Assembly (NCBI RefSeq): GCF_018350175.1 | Contig: NC_058368.1 | Span: 83,950,001-84,014,000, forward strand | DNA from: Felis catus | Taxonomy: Eukaryota | Length of the DNA stretch: 64,000 bases | Direction of reading: 5' to 3' | Shown: positions 12,062 to 22,495 of the stretch, piece after piece | How the letters are laid out: each line of letters begins with the position of its first letter | How positions within the stretch are numbered: the first letter of the stretch is position 1 | Notes under the pieces: generated by a model | What the model saw: only the letters and a program-made list of their open reading frames with translations | Told to the model about the DNA's origin: nothing | Database searches by the model: none | Made by a program: the position numbers and the translations under genes

Positions 12062-13359
12062 ATGACCATTACTTTAAATTCTCAGTCAGACATATTAATT
12101 ATCTCCATTTCATTAAGCTGTCTTGCTGTGATTGTATCTTGTTGTTTCATTTTGGACATATGTCTGTGTATATTAATTCTCTGTTTGTATTTTTATGCAT
12201 ACACAAAGTCAGCTACATCTCTTGCTTTTGAATTTATTGGCCTTTTGAGGAAGAGGTCCTGTTGTGCCCTCCAGTGCAATGTGCCCCATTAACCAGAGCC
12301 TGGCATTTCATCTGTATCTCCTAGATGTGTTTCCTGAACCCTATTATTGTGGCTGAACTGCATGTGCTTCCAGTCCAGCTATCTGCAAAGGCTCTCTTTG
12401 GCTGTTGTGGGCAGGGTTTGGCCCCTGTGTTGATAGTGCACCAGTCTGGGGCTGCCTTGGACTTGAGTTGAGTCAGGCAAGGCATTTGCCAGAGCTGTGG
12501 TGGAACCAAATTGCAGAACACCCCCACTGTGTTGTCCCATGAGAAGTTTTAATTGATGGGCAGTTCTTGCAATCACTAGATGTCTGTCCAAAGCTCACTA
12601 CCGGTGTGCAGTTGGAGTAGTATATGTGGTTATCTTCCCTTTTGTTCAGGCCAGGAGGTACTTTGGATTGGTGCTGACCCCTTTGAGTGCTACTTGCACA
12701 TGCCATGTTTATGCCTTGGCTTTGGATAGATCCCTGTGAAGTGGAGATCCACAGAAGAGCATGGAGGCAAGGCACACAGTTACCAAGGTTTGTGAAGGTC
12801 CACTGTGGGAAAGAACCTGGATCCACTTGAGAAGACTCTTGCTGTGGGTATGGAGGAGGCAAGTCTGAAGAAGAATGTATGTGTGTGTGTGTGGGGGGGG
12901 GGGCATTGGACAAGAAATATCTGGGCAGGTCACTGCAGGAAGGAAGCTGAAGCTTCCTAGGAAAACCCCTGCCCAGCTAGGCTGGGTGGGATGGGGCAGA
13001 TCTTCAGAAGCTCTCAGAGGCCGGACACACTATTAACAAGTTTGGTGGAAAGAGTTCTCACTATGCTGTTTCCCACAGTTGTCTGTGTATTTAGGCTGGG
13101 TGTGGGAGAGGAAAATGACCCCTGTCAACTCTTTTATTGTAGAAGTCTCCTAAAGATCCCTGTCCCTCCAGCACAAGATTTGAGATTAATAAACAACTAT
13201 CCCTCCCATATAACCCGGGTGTTTTTCAAACTGATTCTTCTATGTTGTATTTTAGTAGGGTTGTTTGTTGTTCTGTCTCTTTGAGGGCAGGGATTGCATT
13301 TCCTATTGACCTCCTGGCTGTCCCAGTTCTGAGCCCACTGATTTTTAAAGTTCTTGTTG

Positions 13360-14420
13360 TTTATTGGGTCTTCATTAAAAGAAAAAAAAACACTTCTGCA
13401 CAATGAAGAAAACAAACTAAAAAGCAACATATGAATTTGGAGAAGATATTTATAAATGCTACATCTGATAAAGGGTTAGCATCAAAAATATTTTTAAAAA
13501 ATTTCTAAAACTCAACACCCTAAACACAAATATCTCAGTTAAAAAAATGGGCAGAAGACAGGAATAAACATTTTTCCAAAGAAGATATACAGATAGCCAA
13601 CAGACACATGAAAATATGCTCAACATCACTGATCCACCAAGGAAATGCAAATCAAAACTATAATGAGATATCACCTCACACCAGTCAGAATGGCTAAAAT
13701 TATCATCACAAAAAACAACAGGTGTTGTAAAGGATGCAGAGAAAAGGACACTCTCTTACACCGTTGGTGGGAATGCAAACTGGTGCAAACTCTCTGGGAA
13801 ACAGTATGGAGGTTCTTCAAAAAGTTAAAAAATAGAACTATGATCCAGCAATTGCACTACTATGTATTTATGCAAAGAATACAAAAATCCTAATTAAAAG
13901 GGTACATGCACCCTGATGTTTATTAACATAATACACAATAGCAAAACTATGGAAGCAGCCCAAGTGTCCATCAACTGGTGAATGGATAAAGATGTGGTGT
14001 ATGTATACAGTGGAATATTACTCAGCCATAAAAGAAGAATAAAATCTTGCCATTTGCAAGGACATGGATGGGGCTAGAGCATGTTATGATAAGTGAAATA
14101 AGTAAGTCAGAGAAAGGCAAATACCATATTATTTCCCTTATATGAGGAACTTAAGAAACAAAACAAATAAGCAAAGGAAAAGAGAGAGAGAGATGCAAAC
14201 CAAGAAACAGACTCTTAACTTTAGAGAACACACTGATGATTACCAGAGGGTAGATGGGTGAGGGTATGGGATAAATAGGTGATGATGGATATTAAGGAGT
14301 GCCCTTGTCCTAAGGGCCAGGTGTTGTACGTCAGTGTCGCATCAATATGTGGTACACCAGAAACTAATATTACAGTGTATCTTAACCAACTGGAATTTAA
14401 ATAAAATCTTAACAAAAAAT
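13360..14420 (+). mobile_element. 5'-truncated L1 (ORF2 C-terminus and 3'UTR) inserted in the 5'UTR of the minus-strand L1
   Basis: [17 protein letters not shown]...WWECKLVQ; near-perfect TSD AAAGTTC(T/C)TGTTG at 13347-13359 and 14421-14433. Confidence 0.92.
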
Positions 14421-14814
14421 AAAGTTCCTGTTGCTAAGCCATACTGAATATAAGAACTTACAAAATTGAGCTCCTGTTTTTAAAGGCCTATTTCTATGGG
14501 GCTTTGACTTTCCAGTGCAGTTATTCTGTGCCTAGGGTGCCTGGGGTGGAGTCTGTTCCTCTCCCTCTCCACACCTATGGCATCCTTCCCTCCCATGGAC
14601 AGTTCAATGGGTGTTTTGGCTCCTGACCACATGTCCATCCTTTCTTCCCTCTTTAATTGTGGCCTCTTCTATATTTAGCTGTGGAGAGTCTGCTCTGCTA
14701 GTTTTGGGGTAGTTTCCTGGGCTATTTACACTGATGTGGGTGTTATCTTGTTGTATCTATGAAACAAGGTAAGCATAGGGTCCTCCTATTCTGTCATCTT
14801 CCCCAGAAATTCCC

Positions 14815-15475
14815 CTCTGAGATTCTTATGTGCTGTTCTTCTAGACTTGTTCTGCCTGGAAGTCATAGAGATCCTGATTTAGTACTCGATAAGATAGAGA
14901 AAAAATTAGTTCTTTTGTTAGTGTTCCACACATATAAAGACTGGATTCTTATTCACATATACTCTCCACTTACACCTCAAATTAGTCTCAAGCTGTGGAA
15001 GATTTTTATGGTCCTAGGCTATGCTGACTTGGGATGTGGGTGATGTGGATAAACTCAAACTATTTCTCTTACCTGCTCCAAAGTGTCCAAAAATTTTTGT
15101 TTGTTTCAACAGAGTGCTGCAATTTCTCCTCTGGAAGCCTGGACTTCTCCCAAAGCTGTTTTGTCCATAGGTAACTTCCCAAGTCAGTGTTCCCCAGGGA
15201 CTCCCAGACTATATTGGAAAAAAAGCTGATCCAGTTTACTGGCATTACAAGATCCACAGAAAAAAAGCTGATCCAGTTTACTGGCATTACAAGATCCACA
15301 GATGGGTTGAGGTCTATCTGCATATTACCTAACACATTGGTAGGCAACACTACTCCCAGATTCTTTAACATATAATGCCCCCTCAAAGGTAATTCTGCCT
15401 GTGACTAGATGGTAAATTTTTGTTGTTGATAAGGAAAATAAAGCAATGTCTTTTGTTGCAATCATGATAATGCCA
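14815..15475 (-). mobile_element. Probable 5'UTR of an old mammalian L1 (L1M-type), likely the same host element as 6606-7380
   Basis: Resembles, from memory, antisense L1M 5'UTR (CCTGGACTTC..CAAAG, CAAGTCAGTGTT..CCAGGG..TCCCAGAC, TATTACCT, TTGTTGTTGA). Confidence 0.6.
15217..15300 (+). repeat. Perfect 42-bp tandem duplication
   Basis: GAAAAAAAGCTGATCCAGTTTACTGGCATTACAAGATCCACA at 15217-15258 and 15259-15300. Confidence 0.97.
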
Positions 15476-15584
15476 AGCCTGTAATTCCTATTCCTTCTTG
15501 CCATACATTGCATATTCTTCTGTTTTACTTTTGATATATGATGTTGTCTAAATTAAAATATTTTATATTTTAATGTTTCTATTC

Positions 15585-15783
15585 TTTTTTTATTTTTTTT
15601 AAATGTTTACTTTTGAGAGACAGAAAGAGACAGAGAACAAGTGGAGGAGGGGTAAAGAGAGAGGCAGACACAGAATCTAAGCTGTCAGCACAGAGCCCAA
15701 TGCGGGGCTCAAACTCACAAACCACAAGATCATGACCTGAGCTGAAGTCTGACGCTTAACTGAATGAGCCACCCAGGTGCCCC
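15585..15783 (-). mobile_element. Can-SINE
   Basis: Antisense SINE ending TGAGCCACCCAGGTGCCCC. Confidence 0.92.
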
Positions 15784-16822
15784 AATATGTTTATATTCTT
15801 CAATTTCAATGTGTTTTATTCAGTAATGGCTTTGAAGCATATTTAAAGATTTTCAGATCTTTTGTACATGTTACACATTTCCTATAACAATAAACTTTTA
15901 AATGACCTATGCTACCTTTCATTGCATGACTGAAATAAAATTGAGCTGTTTTTCTTCCATTCTATCCTTAATTGCAAAACCTCATTTTTGTAAATATTTT
16001 TCTCTTGTGTAAACCTTTATTTGGATTTGCAACCTCCATGGAATGTTTTTAGTTATCTAATAGCATGCACAAGCAATTTAAGACTGGAAAGGTATACCTT
16101 TTTCATTCTTTCTAATTTCTTTCAACCCTGTTATGTCTGCAGTGACTCACACATAGATGGGCACAAAACAGACACAAAACATTTGTAAAGTCAATAAGTA
16201 AACCAATGACTTTTAACTTTTTTAATATATAATCGATAAGTAAACTATTGAATTATGTTAATGGATAATTAGCTAAACAGTAGACTGGAAACAATTCACT
16301 TCATTGACTGGAAACAAAGAAGTAATTTTTGTTATTATTCTTCAGGTTTTTATAACATTTTGCACTAGAAGCTAATTACCTGCAAGAATAGAACCTCCAG
16401 AGACTTCCAAGAATCCTTGTTCCATCTGTGCTCCTTCTGCTCTATCCTTCAATTGAAATAAAATTGCTCACACCTTTTTTGGGCATTTTCTAATAACCAC
16501 TGTGTTATATATTTAACTGGAGAGTTACTCCAAGTGGAGAAGTCTGACAAAATCTCAGTGAATGGATGCTGCATATGGGTCCTGGGCAGGCTTATAGTTT
16601 TCCAATACAGCCATTGACTTGTTTTCCTACACAAGTAAGTTACTTACATTTTTAGGTGGAATGGTTAGAAAATGAAAAAAAGAAAAAGAAAAAAGAAAAC
16701 TTATGCTCAGATCTCTGGGACTTAATAGAATGAGCTGTATTTGAAGATGTACAAATTGTCATTGTGCTCTATTTAGTCTCAAAAATCCAGTGCTGTAAAT
16801 TTATGTAGAATATTTATGATAA

Positions 16823-16849
16823 AGACACACACACACACACACACACACA
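16823..16849. repeat. (CA)n microsatellite
   Basis: About 13 perfect AC units. Confidence 0.95.
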
Positions 16850-19800
16850 GAACTGATTTTTGAGTATTATGTTGCAGAAATTTTACTGCCCACTATTTTA
16901 TTTAACATATCACAGCAATGTATTTTTAAATTCCTCATATTAAATGGCATAAAAAGTTAGGTATTGGATTAACTTGTTAAATATTATTTTACAATAATCC
17001 TTAGAGTTTAATGATTTCACATCTTTAGAATCTTTGTGTTAATATGAAACAGAGGCAGCCTTAAGAAAGTTACAGCCTATTCAGAACAAAAATACACATT
17101 TTAATCGATTTATTAAATCTATTATGAACAACAGTGAAAGTCTCTAGTGTAATAATCTGATAAAAACAGGAGAAATGGAAGGAAAGATAGAAAGGAGAGA
17201 GAGCAAGAGAGAGTGATAAAAAGAGAGATGTGTGTTCTGCTCAACATTTGGGTAACTTTGGGCTAAACTGTGAAAATAAAATTTGTGTTTCTTACCCAGT
17301 AACAAATCCTCAATTATTCTGTCATTAGAGATTATTGAAAGTATATGTAGCTAAATTGCCTTTGTGATTCAGTGAGCAGAGAATACTTCTTTAACATTCC
17401 CTGAAAACTTAATAACAAATTAGTAATAATTTTTACTGTTTTTACATTTACAATATGAAATTAATCAAAAGTTTGATACAGAAAATGAAAAAATAAAATA
17501 TGTAAACAAATGTATATCTAAAAATTTACCTAAGATATGAACAAAGGCAATGAGTAAAATTCCATAGAAAGTAAATTAGAATTTCAAAATTGAAAAAAAA
17601 AACTTTAAAAAGAAAAAAACATCAAAACCCATACCAAAATATTGTCTTTTAATTAGGGAATTTATGTGGTTATATGACATATTAAAAGTTAAAGGTCAGT
17701 AATGTATAAATCTCTCACATGTTTAGCAGAAAAATATGAACATATCAAGTTTTTAAAATGGCACAAATATTTTGACAAAGAAACATTTGAATAAAGAAAT
17801 GAACAATAATAAAATTGCAAATGAAATTTAGATCTTCACTTTTTTTCTTGCTGAATTATAGACCAGGTAAGTGAATGATTATAAGTGTTGTTGTGATGAA
17901 CGTTTTAAGACCCGAAATGCTGATGATATGTAAGGGTTACTCTTTCACAGGATGCAGATACAATGCATAACTCTGATATAAACAGTATTTTTTAATCAAA
18001 ATAAATCATCACATAGAATCTAGGAATATTTTATATAGATATTTTTCTCAGCAGTTTTAGGCTAGTAAAAATTTTAAAGACTATTACATTTAAATAATGT
18101 AAAATCATTATTATATTAATAATTATTAATATTAATATTTGGAATTATTAATATAGTTCTTCATGTTCATAAGGATGATATTTTTAAGTATATAAAGAAA
18201 TGAGAATATGTGTATAATTATAAAATTTAGAGAAATATAGAAGTATACAGAGCATAGTTCTACTCTATACTTGATATATTTTATATAGTCTATGTATATC
18301 TGTCTGTATACATTACTTATTAAAATATATATTAAAAGAAGAAATAAAAATTTTACCATAAATTTCATATTTGATGTTGGGATTATATATGCCTCTGTTT
18401 TTCTTTTGGTCCATATGTGATAAATTATCTATAGTATCCATAATATAATTACAGAGTAAAAATGATATTTAAAAACAATTTAAATTTATTTAAAAAACAC
18501 ATCATATCATTGACTTGAATTTGTTTTTTTTTTCTATCCATAATGACAAACTGAACACATGATATAATTTCAAAACAAGGACAAAATGAACAATTTCAAC
18601 ATTCTTCTCCAAATGGCACAGTTGAATGCAGTATTGCATACTGAGCCAGGTGAATAAGCCCATGAAGTAAAACACTTAATGCTGAGAACACTAAGAAAAC
18701 TAAACAGAACAGACATTATGGGGTTAAATTAGATTCTCCTACAGTGAAAAACTTAGATCAGTTCAGTTCATGATCATAGGAACTTAGAATAGAAAAGCTG
18801 AGTTTGGATGACATGTCTGACTACCTCCCGTGGAGACAGCTCTGCATTTCCCAGGCAGCTGGACTTCTTGGAGTTTGCACATTTTTTCAGTATCAGATTT
18901 TTTTGTTCCTCTATTTCCCCTTGTGTAAAACAATCCTCCTCTGATTCTTACATCCTCCATTGTTACCCTCAGTTAAAATACACTATGTATTTTTTTAATT
19001 TTTTAGAATTTATCATTGAAATAATTAAGTCCTCATGATCTACTTGCTCATTTCTTCACCTGTTGTCTCTGTCTCCCACAGGCTTTGGGGTACTGGATAA
19101 ACATGGAATTAATCTCTCCTGTACAAAGTATATTCCACATCATTATTCAGTGCCTCATGGCCCTGAATAAATACCTATGAGGTTGTTTCTGAATAGAAAC
19201 AGACCTCTGTAATGTTCTCCAAATTTCTGCATTGTTTGGCTACTTGCAAAAGTTAATCTTCACTTAACAGCATTTTCTTATCCTGTAAATCTTACATTTT
19301 TGTATACTCTGAACTATTCCACAGTTGCTGGGAGACAGAAAATTAATATCCAGCACATTGTGCCCAGAATCTATTATCCTACCTTAGTATTTCATAGCTA
19401 ACACCTCTGCACTATTTTCCTCCTGCACATGAAGTAAAAATTTAAAATAATTGTATATTTCATTTTTGTTACTGTAATTTATTTCTATTTTACAATTATT
19501 GTCTCTGATTGAAATGTATTTAGTCTAATTGATAGTTGAGCAGAACAATAATGGACTTGTGTGGGGCAAAAATTATACAGCCTATTTAATTGTTTCTTTT
19601 CACTACTTTTTTCATGTTAGCATTTTGTGCTTAAAAGTAGAAGGCAATAATATAGTTGTTTCTATAATTTGGACCTGAATCCACTGATGTGGGAATTATT
19701 ATAGCCATTTCCTCGATAAAAATATTGGCTGAAGTTTTTTTAAGTTGTTTACTTAAAGATGTTTGAATTACCTAAGATAAAACTTTAGTTAATACCATGT

Positions 19801-20395
19801 ATTCAACATAGATTTTCGTCCCCTAAAAACTGGTATGTCTCCTATGGTTCTTCAGACAGAGAATAAAAGTTAAGGTCTCATTGTTTGGCATCTATATTGA
19901 TAACAGAAAAGTCTTGTTTCTGGGATAATCTCCACTTCCTATGTTTCTATAAGCATTACCAAAAATGCAAATAGCACCACAATACACAGGGGCACTACAT
20001 ATTTTAAAAGTAAAACTTTATTTTCAACATGTCATCCCAAATATTTTAGAGAGCTACTACATACATTCCTGAGAGAGCAATCTAGGAGAAATATGCACAT
20101 AATCTAAAGTGATTGTGTCAGGGTGTCTACAGAGAATGTTCTGTCAGATTTGAAGATAAATCTCAAAGCCAATATCTTATGAATACCTCTTTTGTATAAA
20201 AGAAACAGTCTTGTTGAAGAGAAGTTGTATCCTATTGGTATAATATACAACACTCATATTTCTCCTGCCCTAAGACCCACAGGAGAGCTAATAATGTTTG
20301 CCTTCCCGAAATAAATAACAGATGAATCTTCAAAAATCCATTCACAAAATTTTTGTTACAATTATATTCAAACTCCATTGCCAAAAGCACCAGTG

Positions 20396-21322
20396 ATGAC
20401 CAACAAGAGTTTCCCAACTGGCTTCATTCTTCTTGGTTTCTCTGAATGGCCTCATCTAGAAATGCTTCTTTTCTGGATTGTGATCATCTTGTACACAATG
20501 ATCATCCTCTCCAACTCAACTATTATCTTGCTTTCTTGTGTGGACCCTCATCTCTACACTCCCATGTACTTCTTTCTTAGCAATCTTTCCTTCTTGGATC
20601 TCTGCTTTACCACAACCACTGTTCCCCATATGTTGTCCAACTTGTGGGGACCTGGCAAGATCATCACCTACACAGGCTGTGTCATCCAACTCTGCATGTT
20701 ACTCTGTCTTGGTGCCACAGAATGTGTCATGTTGGTGGTGATGGCCTTTGATCGTTACATTGCTATCTGCCAACCCCTGCACTATACCATCATCATGGAT
20801 CATCAGTTCTGTTGGAAGCTGGTGCTAATAGCCTGGATCTCTGGCCTAATAGAATCTGTTACCCAGATTCCTGTCACACTTCAGCTTCCCTTCTGCACCC
20901 ACCACCGCCTAGATGACTTTCTCTGTGAGGTTCCTGCCCTCATACGCTTGACATGTGGAGACACCTCGGCCAGTGAGTGGCAGATGACAGTCTCTGCTGT
21001 TCTTTTCACCATCGTACCACTGGGGTTGATCCTGACTTCTTATGGCTACATAGCTCAAGCTTTAGGTAAAATCCAATCCAAGGATGGCAGACAGAAAGCC
21101 ATTGCCACCTGCTCCTCCCACCTCATTGTGGTCTTTATGTTTTATGGAACAGTGGCACCAGTGTATACATACCCTAAGAATCACTTTGCTTCAAATTATA
21201 GCAAGTTCTTTACATTCTTCTACACTGCGGTCACACCATTGTTAAATCCACTCATCTATTCCCTAAGGAACAAAGATGTAAAAAATGCCCTGATACAACT
21301 GCTAAGAAGAGGATCACCATAA
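20396..21322 (+). CDS. Olfactory receptor, class II, family 2 (OR2H-like), 308 aa, intact single coding exon
   Basis: First ATG at 20396 (the track's 20378 start is TTG); N-glycosylation site NKS; motifs GFILLGFS, LYTPMYFFLSNLSFLDLCFTT, MAFDRYIAICQPLHY, DDFLCEVPALIRLTCGDT, KAIATCSSHL, PLLNPLIYSLRNKDVK; no frameshift or internal stop. Subfamily assignment is from remembered similarity to OR2H proteins. Confidence 0.96.
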   Translation: MTNKSFPTGFILLGFSEWPHLEMLLFWIVIILYTMIILSNSTIILLSCVDPHLYTPMYFFLSNLSFLDLCFTTTTVPHMLSNLWGPGKIITYTGCVIQLCMLLCLGATECVMLVVMAFDRYIAICQPLHYTIIMDHQFCWKLVLIAWISGLIESVTQIPVTLQLPFCTHHRLDDFLCEVPALIRLTCGDTSASEWQMTVSAVLFTIVPLGLILTSYGYIAQALGKIQSKDGRQKAIATCSSHLIVVFMFYGTVAPVYTYPKNHFASNYSKFFTFFYTAVTPLLNPLIYSLRNKDVKNALIQLLRRGSP

Positions 21323-21323
21323 T

Positions 21324-21680
21324 GTGGGCTCCATGGTGTCAGCTCAGAGCCTGGAGCCTGCCTCAGATTCTGTGTTTCCCTCCGTTTCTGCCCCTCCCCC
21401 ACTTGTGCTCTGTCTCTGTCCCTCAAAAATAAATAAAAACTTCAAAATTTTTTTTAAAAAATTGGGCACCTCGGTGGCTCAGTTGCTTAAGCATCTGACT
21501 TCAGCTCAGGTCATGATCTTGCGGTTCATGAGTTCAAGTGCCAGGTCATGCTCTGTGCTGTCAGCTAAGAGCCTAGAACTTCCTTCAGATTCTCTGTCTC
21601 CCTCTCTCTCTGCCCCTCCCCTGCTTGTGTTCTGTCTCTTCTCTCAAAACTGAATAAACGTTAAAAAAAAGGTTTTAAAA
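21324..21680 (+). mobile_element. Tandem Can-SINE pair: 5'-truncated copy (~21324-21460) and full copy (~21464-21680)
   Basis: GGGCTC..CAGCTCAGAGCCTGGAGCC starts just after the OR stop; second head GGGCACCTCGGTGGCTCAGTTG; AATAAA at ~21428 and ~21653. Confidence 0.93.
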
Positions 21681-21786
21681 AAGTGTGGTTTTGTTTCAAA
21701 GGCAGTAATTTATTAATGAACTTTTAACTCTATACTTTTATATGTAATTTTGTTAAAACAATATATCTGTACAAATACAATGCCAG

Positions 21787-21934
21787 TTTTTTTTAAATAT
21801 GAAATTCATTGTCAGATTTGTTTCCATACAACACTCAGTGCTCATCCCAACAGGTGCCCTCCTCAATGCCTATCACCCACATTCCCACCCCCCATCAACC
21901 CTCAGTTTATTCTTAGTTTTTAAGAGTTTCTTAC
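21787..21934 (-). mobile_element. Short L1 3'UTR tail (target of the next insertion)
   Basis: Poly(T) then GAAATTCATTGTCA..CTCATCCCAACAGGTGCCCTCCTCAATG..TTTTTAAGAGTTTCTTAC. Confidence 0.92.
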
Positions 21935-22480
21935 GGGAGTCTTTTGGGAATATGGCTGTGTAGGAGGAGGACGCTGGGCTCACCTCCTCCTGCTGATCGC
22001 TTAGATGCCACCTACATCTGCCTAAACAACCCAGAAAAACTACAGAAGACTAACAGAACAGAAACTTTGGAGCCAAGCAGAGACAAGAGGCCTACAAAAG
22101 AGGGTAGGAAGGGTGGAGAGGTGGTGCATACTACACGGAATGGCGGGAGGGAGCTGGGGCAGTGGAAGGGCAGCTCGCCCAGCGAGGCAGAGCCCCCAAA
22201 GTCTGGCTTGCAAAAGCGGAGGGGCTGGACTCCATGAGTTCTGACAGCCAGCAGGACTTAACATCTAGAATGTTAAAAGTCAACAGCTCTGCTCTCAGAG
22301 AGCAGGGAGAGCAAGAGGACACTGGGAGGAAGAGCTGTTGAGCTCCAGAAGACAGAACTCAGCTCAGCAGGGGAACAAAGGTCCTGGCAAGCACCATCTC
22401 CCTCTCCCATGCCCCAGCCGAAATTCCAAAGGTAACCAGTTCCCCTCACCAAACTTGCTTGCACCAGCGCGAACACCCAA
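21935..22480 (+). mobile_element. First ~550 bp of a felid L1 5'UTR (internal promoter)
   Basis: GGGAG..GGGAATATGGCTGTGTAGGAGGAGGACGCTGGGCTCACC resembles the felid L1 5' start (GGGAAGATGGCGGCGTAGGAGGACGCTGGGCTCACC); GC-rich. Confidence 0.85.
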
Positions 22481-22495
22481 GGAAAAGAAACTCTT

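Larger units (their letters stand above)
7385..14814 (-). mobile_element. Decayed near-full-length carnivore L1 with internal ORF2 deletion and nested insertions
   Basis: 3'UTR from ~7400, ORF2 C-terminus to ~9035, EN region ~9090-10680 (APKYIKQL, EDFNTQL, NKETMTLND), ORF1 ~11080-12170, long 5'UTR, 5' end GGGGAAGATGACAGAATAGGAGGAC on the minus strand near 14780-14814. Confidence 0.88.

Noticed and set aside
15191..15200. Perfect Olf1/EBF palindrome TCCCCAGGGA as an OR promoter element
   Set aside because: A single 10-mer inside a probable L1 5'UTR with no supporting context; cannot be told from chance.
15069..15513. ORFs with a repeated 14-aa peptide as a novel gene or processed pseudogene
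   Set aside because: The repeat comes from the 42-bp DNA duplication, the region resembles an old antisense L1 5'UTR, and I recognise no protein family.
20378..20395. N-terminal extension MPKAPV of the OR
   Set aside because: The track start is TTG; the ATG at 20396 gives the normal spacing to the N-glycosylation site and FILLG.
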